Part shown: positions 29,726 through 38,444 of the stretch, piece after piece
Numbering within the stretch: the first letter of the stretch is position 1
How the letters are laid out: each line of letters begins with the position of its first letter
Virus record (IMG/VR): IMGVR_UViG_3300048625_000299
Coordinates: 62,001 to 126,000 of that record
Length of the DNA: 64,000 nt
Strand: one strand, 5' to 3'
Position numbers and translations under genes: made by a program
Notes under the pieces: model-generated
Told to the model about the DNA's origin: nothing
The model's database searches: none
Seen by the model: only the letters and a program-made list of their open reading frames with translations

Positions 29726-31122
29726 TGAAACTGAGCAAAAACATTCTACTGAACACAGACAGCTACAAAGTGTCAATGTGGAAGCAATACCCTGTTGGAA
29801 CAACTGGCGTATTTTCTTACATCGAATCGCGTGGCGGTCGTTATGATCAAACAGTGATGTTTGGTCTGCAAGCGTTCATCAAGGAGTACTTACTTGACCC
29901 CATTACACAGTCCGACATCGATATCGCCGAAGAGATTCTTCTCGCACACGGAGAGCCATTTAATCGTAGCGGCTGGCAGTATATCCTCGACAAGCACGAC
30001 GGATATCTCCCCGTCGTCATCCGAGCAGTCCCCGAGGGTACTGTGGTACCGGTTAAGAATGTCCTCGCAACCATCGAGAACACAGATCCCAACGTACCGT
30101 GGCTGACTACATGGCTCGAGACTCCCTTGCTTCGTGCGATCTGGTATCCAACTACTGTGGCAACACAGAGCTGGTCGATTCGCAAAGTGATTTTGGATTA
30201 TTTGGAGAAGACTGGTGACCCTGCTCTTATCGATTTTAAGTTACACGACTTTGGTGCTCGCGGTGTTAGTTCCCTTGAGTCCGCTGGCATTGGCGGCGCC
30301 GCGCACCTCGTTAATTTCATGGGTACCGATACTGTTACCGGTTTGTTGTATGCTCGTGAGTATTACAACGCTGGTATTAGTGGGTTTTCAATTCCTGCAG
30401 CCGAGCACAGCACAATCACAAGTTGGGGCCGTGACGGAGAAGTCGACGCCTACCGAAACATGCTTACAAATTTCGCTCGGCCCGGGTCCATTGTTGCAGT
30501 CGTTTCCGACAGCTACGATGTATTCAATGCCGCTAGCAAATTGTGGGGAGAAGAGCTCCGTCAGCAAGTGATTGATAGCGGTGCTACTGTAGTGATTCGT
30601 CCTGATAGTGGTGACCCTGTTGAAGTCAACCGCAAGTTGATTGAGATCTTAGGAGAAAAGTTTGGATACACTACAAACGCCAAAGGATTCAAAGTCCTCA
30701 ATAATGTTCGCCTCATCCAGGGGGACGGTGTCAATGAGTTATCCATCCGCAGTATCCTTGGGGCACTCATGGCAATGGGATGGTCGGCAGATAATATTGC
30801 ATTCGGTATGGGCGGTGCCTTGCTCCAGCAAGTTGACCGAGATACCCAGAAGTTTGCAATGAAATGTTCTTCTGCGAAGATCAATGACGTGTGGGTCGAT
30901 GTACAAAAAGATCCAGTCACTGATAGTGGCAAGAAGTCGAAGGCAGGTCGAGTGACTCTTTGGAAGAGTGGCGGCGAATGGATCAGTAGCGTTGAAAAGC
31001 CAGCTGGCTGGCACGATAAAGCAACTGGTGAGTTTGTTGAAGTGCTGGAAACAGTATACGCTAACGGAAAGTTGATTAACGAATATACATTCGACAACAT
31101 CCGAGCAAGAGCTCGCAAATAA
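29725..31122 (+). CDS. nadV: nicotinamide phosphoribosyltransferase
   Basis: TDSYK, HDFGARG, AAEHS, VSDSYD, IRPDSG, QGDG, GMGGALLQ. Confidence 0.97.
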   Translation: MKLSKNILLNTDSYKVSMWKQYPVGTTGVFSYIESRGGRYDQTVMFGLQAFIKEYLLDPITQSDIDIAEEILLAHGEPFNRSGWQYILDKHDGYLPVVIRAVPEGTVVPVKNVLATIENTDPNVPWLTTWLETPLLRAIWYPTTVATQSWSIRKVILDYLEKTGDPALIDFKLHDFGARGVSSLESAGIGGAAHLVNFMGTDTVTGLLYAREYYNAGISGFSIPAAEHSTITSWGRDGEVDAYRNMLTNFARPGSIVAVVSDSYDVFNAASKLWGEELRQQVIDSGATVVIRPDSGDPVEVNRKLIEILGEKFGYTTNAKGFKVLNNVRLIQGDGVNELSIRSILGALMAMGWSADNIAFGMGGALLQQVDRDTQKFAMKCSSAKINDVWVDVQKDPVTDSGKKSKAGRVTLWKSGGEWISSVEKPAGWHDKATGEFVEVLETVYANGKLINEYTFDNIRARARK

Positions 31123-31125
31123 GGG

Positions 31126-31150
31126 AAGGCCACTCCGGTGGCCTTTTTCT
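31126..31150 (+). terminator. rho-independent terminator after nadV, overlapping the next promoter (-10 TATAAT ~31162)
   Basis: AAGGCCAC-TCCG-GTGGCCTT then TTTCTTT. Confidence 0.85.
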
Positions 31151-31194
31151 TTGGACTGTTGTATAATTGTTCCTATCAACTTAGGAATAACATC

Positions 31195-31656
31195 ATGTTC
31201 AAATGGCCTTGGAAACGCGAACGACGAATTGCTTTCATTGATGGTGACCAATCGCTGCCAGATGTACTTCGAGCACATCAGAAGTACATCGTTGGCACAA
31301 ACACCGAAACACACTTGGTTCGACTGATAACTCCTCAGAAGGATAGAGACGCTGAGCCCCGAATCCTACGTAACCTTGTTGGCATCAACAAGATCTACCT
31401 TGGTGGATTCTCTACTGGCAAAGAAGTGACTGATAAGTTTATTGGTGCTTATATCCAAAAAGCAATCAATGATGGTTATACACACATCTCTGTCATTTCG
31501 AGCGACTACGATTTCATCGACATTTTCAAATTGGCCATTGTGTTGGATGAGCGCGCAAAGCAGTTGACGTTTCGAATGATCGTGCCAACGAAAGCAAGCA
31601 AGAAATTGAACGAGATGCCAGACCGATTATTGAACATCGAGATTGTGAGAGACTAA
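31195..31656 (+). CDS. NYN (PIN-fold) domain protein
   Basis: FIDGDQ, KEVTD, ISSDYDF. Confidence 0.8.
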   Translation: MFKWPWKRERRIAFIDGDQSLPDVLRAHQKYIVGTNTETHLVRLITPQKDRDAEPRILRNLVGINKIYLGGFSTGKEVTDKFIGAYIQKAINDGYTHISVISSDYDFIDIFKLAIVLDERAKQLTFRMIVPTKASKKLNEMPDRLLNIEIVRD

Positions 31657-31657
31657 G

Positions 31658-31852
31658 ATGGAATACACATTAGTGATTTGGACAGTTGTTGCTGCATTTG
31701 GTACAGGAGCTGGCACATATAGGCCGCAAGAGTATCGAGATTGGCGACCGCTAGCCGTTTTCAATAACGGTGGCGCTCAATCAATGAACCAGTGTCAGGC
31801 AGCCGCTGAACAATTAAAGCTGCAAAAGTTTGAATGTATCAGAACCAAGTGA
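31658..31852 (+). CDS. small exported Cys-pair protein
   Basis: Hydrophobic N-terminus; C...C pair. Confidence 0.6.
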   Translation: MEYTLVIWTVVAAFGTGAGTYRPQEYRDWRPLAVFNNGGAQSMNQCQAAAEQLKLQKFECIRTK

Positions 31853-31862
31853 AGGAAAGAAA

Positions 31863-32903
31863 ATGCGTAAACTTGCATCCATTCGTCGGATCGACGAACT
31901 GAACCCTATTGAGGGTGCCGACAAAATCGAAGTAGCAACCGTTGGTGGTTGGAAAGTCGTGTGTCAAAAAGGTCTCTATAATGTCGGAGATCTTGCTGTG
32001 TACTTCGAGATCGACTCGTGGATTCCATCTGCTGTTGCTCCGTTTCTGACAAAGGACGGCCACTTCCCCAAAGTGTTCGAGGGTGTTGAAGGTGAACGTC
32101 TAAAGACAATCCGCTTGCGCGGACAATTGTCTCAAGGTCTGTTGATGCCTATACACAACGACAAGACTGGCACATATTTGATGGTCTACACAGATGAAAC
32201 TGGTGAATATTCGCTGACTGTAGCCGAAGGTGATGATGTATCTGAGCCTCTTGGTATCCTGAAATGGGAGAAGGCAATCCCTGCTCAGCTCGCTGGCATT
32301 TCTCGTGGCAACTTCCCAACTTTGATTCCAAAGACCGACCAAGAGCGTGTGCAAAACTTGAAGAAAGAGATTGCTGCTGCTCAAGGACAAGTCTACGAAG
32401 TGACGGAAAAGCTGGAAGGCTCATCGATGACTTGCTATGTAATTGATGGTGAGTTCGGAGTATGCTCCCGTAACCTCAACCTCAAGGAAACTGAGGGCAA
32501 CTCATTCTGGAATGCAGCTCGCGACAATGACCTCGAGCAAAAAATGCTTGCTCGTCAGTACGACTTTGCAATCCAAGGTGAGTTGATTGGTCCTGGCGTT
32601 CAAGGTAATATCTACAAATTGACAAAGCCTGAGTTCTATGTGTTTGACATCTATGATGTTAAGGACGGCGAGTATATGAATCCAGCTGCACGTCGTCAAT
32701 TGGTTGAGTCTCTTGGCCTGAAGCATGTACCGATTCTGGACGATATGTATGTCCTTAACGATGATGTAGAACAACTGTTGACGTTAGCCGAAGGCAAGTC
32801 TAGAATGTTTGATACAGAACGAGAAGGCATCGTGTTCAAACAGAATGACGGTGGCATGACGTTCAAAGCGATCTCGAACAAGTACCTATTAAACGAGAAG
32901 TGA
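31863..32903 (+). CDS. RNA ligase, DRB0094 family
   Basis: N-terminal PIEGADKIE module; EKLEGSS, QGEL, EGIVFK, FKAISN. Confidence 0.93.
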   Translation: MRKLASIRRIDELNPIEGADKIEVATVGGWKVVCQKGLYNVGDLAVYFEIDSWIPSAVAPFLTKDGHFPKVFEGVEGERLKTIRLRGQLSQGLLMPIHNDKTGTYLMVYTDETGEYSLTVAEGDDVSEPLGILKWEKAIPAQLAGISRGNFPTLIPKTDQERVQNLKKEIAAAQGQVYEVTEKLEGSSMTCYVIDGEFGVCSRNLNLKETEGNSFWNAARDNDLEQKMLARQYDFAIQGELIGPGVQGNIYKLTKPEFYVFDIYDVKDGEYMNPAARRQLVESLGLKHVPILDDMYVLNDDVEQLLTLAEGKSRMFDTEREGIVFKQNDGGMTFKAISNKYLLNEK

Positions 32904-32922
32904 TTTAAGTTTTCTCCCCTTT

Positions 32923-32948
32923 GCGCCGGCTTGACCGGCGTTCTTTTT
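32923..32948 (+). terminator. rho-independent terminator candidate
   Basis: CGCCGG-CTTGA-CCGGCG then TTCTTTTT. Confidence 0.75.
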
Positions 32949-33302
32949 ATGAACAATCCATTACTATTCATCACAGACATGCTCGCCGCAGCAAAGAAGT
33001 CGTTTCAGGCTGCTGTGGAAGAGCGTAAAAAGAGAGAGCTCAATGCTGAGCGCAATCTCATCGCAAAGCATTTCAACAACTACTACACATACCGCCACCG
33101 GTTCGATACATCAAGTAATGAGCGTTTGGATGGAACTGGGATGTGGGGGTTCACACCATTAAAAGGAAATGCGTGGATGTGTCCGACGTGCAATAAAATC
33201 CACTTGGCATCAAGCTGTAGTGCATTTTCCGGTTTACAATATCCACATTGCTGTGAGTATAGATCACACCACAGGCTATACAACGACATCAGAACGCAAT
33301 GA
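32949..33302 (+). CDS. hypothetical Cys/His-rich protein
   Basis: CPTC...C...HCC. Confidence 0.6.
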   Translation: MNNPLLFITDMLAAAKKSFQAAVEERKKRELNAERNLIAKHFNNYYTYRHRFDTSSNERLDGTGMWGFTPLKGNAWMCPTCNKIHLASSCSAFSGLQYPHCCEYRSHHRLYNDIRTQ

Positions 33303-33826
33303 CGCCACTATCGGAACACCTCAGACGACGACACTTGGATATTGAGCTCCACCGTCCAGTGATAGACGAGGTGGATAGAATTGCTACGTTCTATTTGTGG
33401 AACCTCAGCGGTGCGATTGTAGGATTCCAGCAATACCGTCCAGAGGGCGAAAAGAAGATCAACAACAATCCCAAAGAAGGCAAGTACTACACCTATAAGA
33501 AGCAACCTACGATTGCAGTATGGGGCGTAGAATCGCTTTACCTCTCACCGCACGTAGTGTTTATTACGGAAGGTGTATTCGACGCTGCTAGGCTGACTGA
33601 ACGAGGATATAGCGCGTTGGCAATGTTGACTAATAATCCAACATCAGACTACCGCAATTGGTTGACATTCTTGAACAGAACTGTTGTTGCAGTATGTGAT
33701 AATGATAAGGCTGGCAAGAAGCTAGCAGCATTTGGTGATGTTGCAATCTTCACCGAAGACAAAGACCTTGGTGATAGTGATGATGAATATGTCACCAACT
33801 TGCTATTGCCATACAAATTGGACTAA
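33299..33826 (+). CDS. stand-alone TOPRIM (primase-like) protein
   Basis: ITEGVFDA, CDNDKAG, KDLGD. Confidence 0.82.
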   Translation: MTPLSEHLRRRHLDIELHRPVIDEVDRIATFYLWNLSGAIVGFQQYRPEGEKKINNNPKEGKYYTYKKQPTIAVWGVESLYLSPHVVFITEGVFDAARLTERGYSALAMLTNNPTSDYRNWLTFLNRTVVAVCDNDKAGKKLAAFGDVAIFTEDKDLGDSDDEYVTNLLLPYKLD

Positions 33827-33834
33827 AGGATAAT

Positions 33835-34401
33835 ATGGTTATGAAAACATTTATTACAAGCGATATCCATTTCGGACACAAGAACATTATGAGCTTCTGT
33901 CCAGTATCACGTGCTCGCTTCAAGGGCGACGTGGACTACATGAACGCTCAGATCATCCAAGACTGGAACAATATGATTGGTCCAGACGACTTGGTGTATA
34001 TCTTGGGCGACGTTGCATTCTGCTCATGGGAGAAGGCTGTTGGCTTCTTGCGTTCGATGAACGGTCGCAAGATTTTGATCAAGGGTAACCATGACAGCAA
34101 GCTCGTCAAGAGTCCAGAGTTCGTTGCCTGCTTCGAAAGCATTCACGACTACTTGACAATCACATACAATGGCACTCGAGTGTCGATGTTCCACTATCCA
34201 ATTGCTGAGTGGGATCAGATGCATCGAGGTGCTGTCCACTTCTATGGTCACTTGCATGGTGGCACTAGCGGATTGGAAAAGTACCGAGCAATCGATGTTG
34301 GTATGGATGGCAATATGTGCTACCCACATGACATGGATGTTGCTGTGGCAACTGCATTGAAAGGTGAAATCAAAAAGCACCATGACAAATATGGGAACTA
34401 A
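33835..34401 (+). CDS. calcineurin-like metallophosphoesterase
   Basis: SDIHFGH, LGD, GNHD, GHLH. Confidence 0.93.
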   Translation: MVMKTFITSDIHFGHKNIMSFCPVSRARFKGDVDYMNAQIIQDWNNMIGPDDLVYILGDVAFCSWEKAVGFLRSMNGRKILIKGNHDSKLVKSPEFVACFESIHDYLTITYNGTRVSMFHYPIAEWDQMHRGAVHFYGHLHGGTSGLEKYRAIDVGMDGNMCYPHDMDVAVATALKGEIKKHHDKYGN

Positions 34402-34402
34402 T

Positions 34403-34873
34403 ATGAGCAAATTAAAATGCATTCAATTGGTTGGCGTGCCTGGATCAGGAAAGTCAACGTGGATTAAAACACAAACGATGATCGACAACTTCGTTGTTGC
34501 GTCTACGGACAACTTTGTTGAGCAGCATGCTGCTAGCGAAGGTAAGACGTATAACGAAGTGTTCAAGGATTACATGCCGATTGCTGTAAGGTTGATGGCG
34601 AATCAGGTGTTAGTTGCGCAAGCGAATAACAAGAACATCATCTGGGATCAGACGTCCATGAGCGTTGCATCTCGTAAGAAGAAGTTCAACACGATTCCTA
34701 ACTACGAGCACATCGCTGTTGTGTTCCCTGTTCCTGGTGAGGAAGAGCTGGCACGTCGCTTGGCAAGCCGTCCAGGAAAGTTGATTCCAGATCACGTTAT
34801 GAAAAGCATGATCGATAGCTTTGAGATGCCGACCCTCGAAGAAGGGTTCACTGAAGTTCACGTGTTGCTGTAA
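34403..34873 (+). CDS. P-loop polynucleotide-kinase-like protein (AAA_33)
   Basis: GVPGSGKST, WDQT, RxxxR lid, PTLEEGF. Confidence 0.88.
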   Translation: MSKLKCIQLVGVPGSGKSTWIKTQTMIDNFVVASTDNFVEQHAASEGKTYNEVFKDYMPIAVRLMANQVLVAQANNKNIIWDQTSMSVASRKKKFNTIPNYEHIAVVFPVPGEEELARRLASRPGKLIPDHVMKSMIDSFEMPTLEEGFTEVHVLL

Positions 34874-34884
34874 GGAGTATTGAA

Positions 34885-35145
34885 ATGGTGGTGTTTCCAA
34901 AGGAGTTCGTTGCGATTCGTTATCCAGGATACTTCTGGCACACAGTCGAGAAGCGCTTGTACACGATTAAAGTGTCTGGCGAACTCCGTCCATTGAAATT
35001 CTGCCGTGGTGGTACGTTCTATGGCAAAACAATTGAGCCTGGTTATCGTGTAAGTGTGCAAGGTGTACGTAAGAAAGTATCGATGACCTATCTGGGTAGC
35101 ATTGGCAACTCATGGGTACAACAAGAGATTCCATATGAAAGTTAA
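34885..35145 (+). CDS. hypothetical protein
   Basis: AAGGAG SD. Confidence 0.65.
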   Translation: MVVFPKEFVAIRYPGYFWHTVEKRLYTIKVSGELRPLKFCRGGTFYGKTIEPGYRVSVQGVRKKVSMTYLGSIGNSWVQQEIPYES

Positions 35146-36022
35146 TTCAGCATCACTGAAGAAGTTCGTTGAAGAAAATCCAAAGCTGGTATCTCGTCGT
35201 CCAGCCGGTGATGGCATCTACGTCCTGAAATACAAAAAGACTGTATTCTATGATGGTCTGTGGAACGATTACTTAGAAGAGTGTCGTGGTACGATTGTGG
35301 ATGAAGATTACAACATCGTGTCATACCCATTCACGAAGGTATACAACTATGGCGTAGAAGCGAAGTCCCCTGTACTAGATGGCAGTACGAAGATCAAAGC
35401 ATACCGTAAAGTTAATGGCTTTATGGTCGCTGTAACGTGGCATAAAGACGATATCCTTGTGTCAACTACAGGATCAACGGACTCCGATTATGTAAAAATG
35501 GCTCGTGAGTTTATCGATCGTGATTTGGATCTATACCGTGCTTGGTGTAAGGAATATTCGACATACACATTCATGTTTGAATGTGTCCATAAGGATGATC
35601 CGCACATCATTCCAGAAGTGGAAGGGATGTATTTGCTAGGACACCGTCCAAAGTTCTTTGGTTCACCAATTGGTGTGTCTGACGATATGCATAAGGCATT
35701 CAACTGCCATTCGGTTGAAGCAATTGAGTGTACGTTAGATACACTACGTTCGTTAGCTAAGACAGTGAAACACGAAGGGTTTGTATTATATACGTTGGAC
35801 GGCATGATAGGCTCTAAGATCAAGAGTCCACATTACCTAGTGTCTAAGTTTGTTGCTCGTAATCCACGAACTGACAAATTGATGCGTCCAGATGTGAAGA
35901 AGTCACTCGATGAGGAGTATTATCCATTAATCGATGCCATCCAAGCGAACATCGATGCGTATACTGCTATGGACGAACAGACGCGATTAGCGTGGGTGAG
36001 GGAGTTTCTTTCAACTCAATGA
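35135..36022 (+). CDS. Rnl1-like RNA ligase
   Basis: ECRG, FTKVYN, KVNG (motif I), FEC, EGFVL, KIKS. Confidence 0.88.
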   Translation: MKVNSASLKKFVEENPKLVSRRPAGDGIYVLKYKKTVFYDGLWNDYLEECRGTIVDEDYNIVSYPFTKVYNYGVEAKSPVLDGSTKIKAYRKVNGFMVAVTWHKDDILVSTTGSTDSDYVKMAREFIDRDLDLYRAWCKEYSTYTFMFECVHKDDPHIIPEVEGMYLLGHRPKFFGSPIGVSDDMHKAFNCHSVEAIECTLDTLRSLAKTVKHEGFVLYTLDGMIGSKIKSPHYLVSKFVARNPRTDKLMRPDVKKSLDEEYYPLIDAIQANIDAYTAMDEQTRLAWVREFLSTQ

Positions 36023-36671
36023 GGATTCTTCTAGCAAGAGCGTTTCGCGATGCTTTGCTAGGGGAGCCAAGAATCACGATGATGTGTTCGTTGGTCGTCA
36101 TTGCGATACACCAACCTGCAGCATTAGTGAATCCAGTCTTTGACCCAGTAATATGGGTAAACTCTTTTAACAGAGCATAGTTGGTATTTTGAATGAGGGC
36201 CAGATGAGCCCTCTTTCCTTTGGGCTCTATAACTTGAACAGTGGGTGCTGCTGCCGCTCTTATTTCTGCATACTTGGTAGCATGTGCTATTAAGATAGCG
36301 ATGTCGACTGCTGTAGAAGTGTTCATGCCGAGCCCAGACGGATCGACGAACTTTGTATCATTCATTCCAAGCTGCTTTGCTTTGAAATTCATCAGATGGA
36401 TGAATTGTGGTCTGCCATAGATTGCAGCCAACTTCTCGGCGGATTTGTTGTTGCTTTGTACGAGCATTGTGTCGATTAAGTAGCGATCATCGATGCCAAG
36501 TTCGATTGCTATGATTGCTGTCATCAGCTTCGTGATACTAGCTAGCGGACGTTGTGATGATTCATCTTGCTTCGCTACTACCCGATTGTGCTTCATATCA
36601 AACACAAACACTGACTCCTTAGCGAACGCTGGCGCAGCAAGCAGCAGTAGAGTGAGTAGTAGTTTCTTCAT
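35967..36671 (-). CDS. secreted serine DD-peptidase (peptidase S11, Dac/PBP7-like)
   Basis: Signal peptide; SITK (SxxK), SNN (SxN), DPSGL, KTGFT. Confidence 0.92.
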   Translation of the reverse strand: MKKLLLTLLLLAAPAFAKESVFVFDMKHNRVVAKQDESSQRPLASITKLMTAIIAIELGIDDRYLIDTMLVQSNNKSAEKLAAIYGRPQFIHLMNFKAKQLGMNDTKFVDPSGLGMNTSTAVDIAILIAHATKYAEIRAAAAPTVQVIEPKGKRAHLALIQNTNYALLKEFTHITGSKTGFTNAAGWCIAMTTNEHIIVILGSPSKASRNALARRILIELKETPSPTLIASVRP

Positions 36672-36779
36672 ATATTAGTACCCCGTTTATGTCCTCCCAC
36701 CTGGCGTAGTGGGATGTAGTAGGACGGGGTCACTCCTTTTACACCTGTCGTAAGTTTAACGGTCCTAAGGCAGGTATGT
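36672..36779 (-). ncRNA. structured intergenic/leader RNA: stem-enclosed segment antisense to 23S H69-H70, AAGGAG, then a 51-nt hairpin before the AUG
   Basis: Inverted repeats ACCTG/CAGGT, ACCCC/GGGGT, GTCCT/AGGAC, CCCAC/GTGGG; rRNA similarity from recalled sequence. Confidence 0.55.
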
Positions 36780-38444
36780 TTATAGTGCAATCTGCGACAC
36801 AGTCACAATTACAGACGGAATTGCAGGACAGAAGGCAGTTGCTGCAGGAGCCGCTATGAACGCTCCAAGGTTACTGACAGCCCACATAAGCTCAAAGTAA
36901 TCGTTGGTGTTCATCGATACTTGGAAGTTCCAAGATGGAACCTTATACTCTTCGTTGCCTGTAATGGTGAGTATCGATGCTGTGTTGGGAATATCAGCGC
37001 CATTCTTTCTCGCCCATATGTATATTTCCTTTTTAGATGCTGTTTGCGAGGTAACCTGCAATGAAAACTTATAGTCGTAGAATCCAGACGCTTCTGCTAC
37101 TATTCTCGTTTCATTGATGATGTGGTGTCCATTAGAGATGTCAGGAGTGCGCATCTTCACAGCATATGGAGTGTTTATTACGGCTGCTGTCTGGCTGAGT
37201 ACATCTAAGAAGGTTCCATAATACAAACGTGGATATATCGTTGGGCGAACCAGTAATATACCATCCCCACTACCTACGTGGAGTACAGCAGCAATGCTTA
37301 CTACTATATTTGGTGCGTATGGTTTGACCTTTGTTAGTTTGCCAGCCATAGTCGGGTGGACGTAGAGCAAGTCGCCTTTTACCCATACTTCTCCAACGCT
37401 CGAGCCAGTCGTATCCATATCATGCACTTTACCGTTCCATGTAGCACGACCAGTGGTATTGTTTGGTAAATCGTTTGTCAATACGCCAACAGTATACAAT
37501 CCATGCACAGTACCGTTAGCGATGTGTGGGACTACGATCGGTTCGTGTGCATTAGCTTCATATACGCCAGCAAACCTAACAACAGTACCATTAGGCATAG
37601 TAGTACCGCTCTCGTTGCGGACGCGTATGTAGTGCTCCAGACCTGTTTGTAATGTGGATCCATCAGCGTGGTGAATGTCCAAACAATCCTCATCAGGATT
37701 CCAAGCAACTTGACCTGCAACAAGACTGACGTCTGGTCCTATAGTATTGTATCTTGTTGTCTTGATTGGTCCTATATCTTCGGTGAACTGTACTTTCTTA
37801 GTCGCAGCGTCATATTCCAATACCCAGTTATCATTTGTGGTATTCATTGTGCCACGATTAACATCATCGAGGTAGCGGAATAGTACCTCACCGCCGCCAG
37901 GGCCAGCCATGCTGATTTTGCTAACCCATCCTTCAAGCAATTTCAACTTGTTTTGGATTGCCTGGATGTCCCTACCCGTAGCAGCGGGCTCTGGTTGTAC
38001 GAACATCGAAGGTGCAGTTGTGTCTGTCAGTCTCTTTGCTGCTGCATCCGCCAACGATGGTGTTTCGGGCGGAGCAAGTATTGCAGACTTCTCGACCAAC
38101 TCATCGAACTGTTGATCCTCAACCACTTCTTCAGTTATAGTCACTTGTCGATCATCGGATTCCGGCTTTATGGATTCAATGTGTTCTAGGACATTGGTAA
38201 AGCGGTCAAGCAGTGCCTGCTCTTCTTCTGTTTTCTTTTTGTCTTCTGCGACGAGCTTATTGATGTCCTTAGCGAGGTCTGTGAACAGCGATTTGAACGC
38301 TGTCTTGCGCTCCTCCTGCATCGCAAGCTGTCTATCCTCTTTCAGCTGCTCTGCAGCGATTTGGTCATAGATTGACTGCTCAGTTTGTACGCCGAGCTTT
38401 TCATTCATCTTGACTATTAATCGTAATTCTTTTAGCTTATTCAT
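36780..38444 (-). CDS. probable virion structural/appendage protein
   Basis: N-terminal coiled coil, GGGEV, beta-rich C-terminal domains; ATAAATA at 38451-38457. Confidence 0.7.
   Translation of the reverse strand: MNKLKELRLIVKMNEKLGVQTEQSIYDQIAAEQLKEDRQLAMQEERKTAFKSLFTDLAKDINKLVAEDKKKTEEEQALLDRFTNVLEHIESIKPESDDRQVTITEEVVEDQQFDELVEKSAILAPPETPSLADAAAKRLTDTTAPSMFVQPEPAATGRDIQAIQNKLKLLEGWVSKISMAGPGGGEVLFRYLDDVNRGTMNTTNDNWVLEYDAATKKVQFTEDIGPIKTTRYNTIGPDVSLVAGQVAWNPDEDCLDIHHADGSTLQTGLEHYIRVRNESGTTMPNGTVVRFAGVYEANAHEPIVVPHIANGTVHGLYTVGVLTNDLPNNTTGRATWNGKVHDMDTTGSSVGEVWVKGDLLYVHPTMAGKLTKVKPYAPNIVVSIAAVLHVGSGDGILLVRPTIYPRLYYGTFLDVLSQTAAVINTPYAVKMRTPDISNGHHIINETRIVAEASGFYDYKFSLQVTSQTASKKEIYIWARKNGADIPNTASILTITGNEEYKVPSWNFQVSMNTNDYFELMWAVSNLGAFIAAPAATAFCPAIPSVIVTVSQIAL

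Noticed and set aside
33361-33367. Other GATAGAC copies (also 19025-19031)
   Set aside because: Inside coding sequence, with no flanking stem or promoter
36746-36773. True rRNA gene fragment or vector I-CeuI site contamination
   Set aside because: Similarity stops after about 28 nt, has 5 mismatches and is embedded in native hairpins
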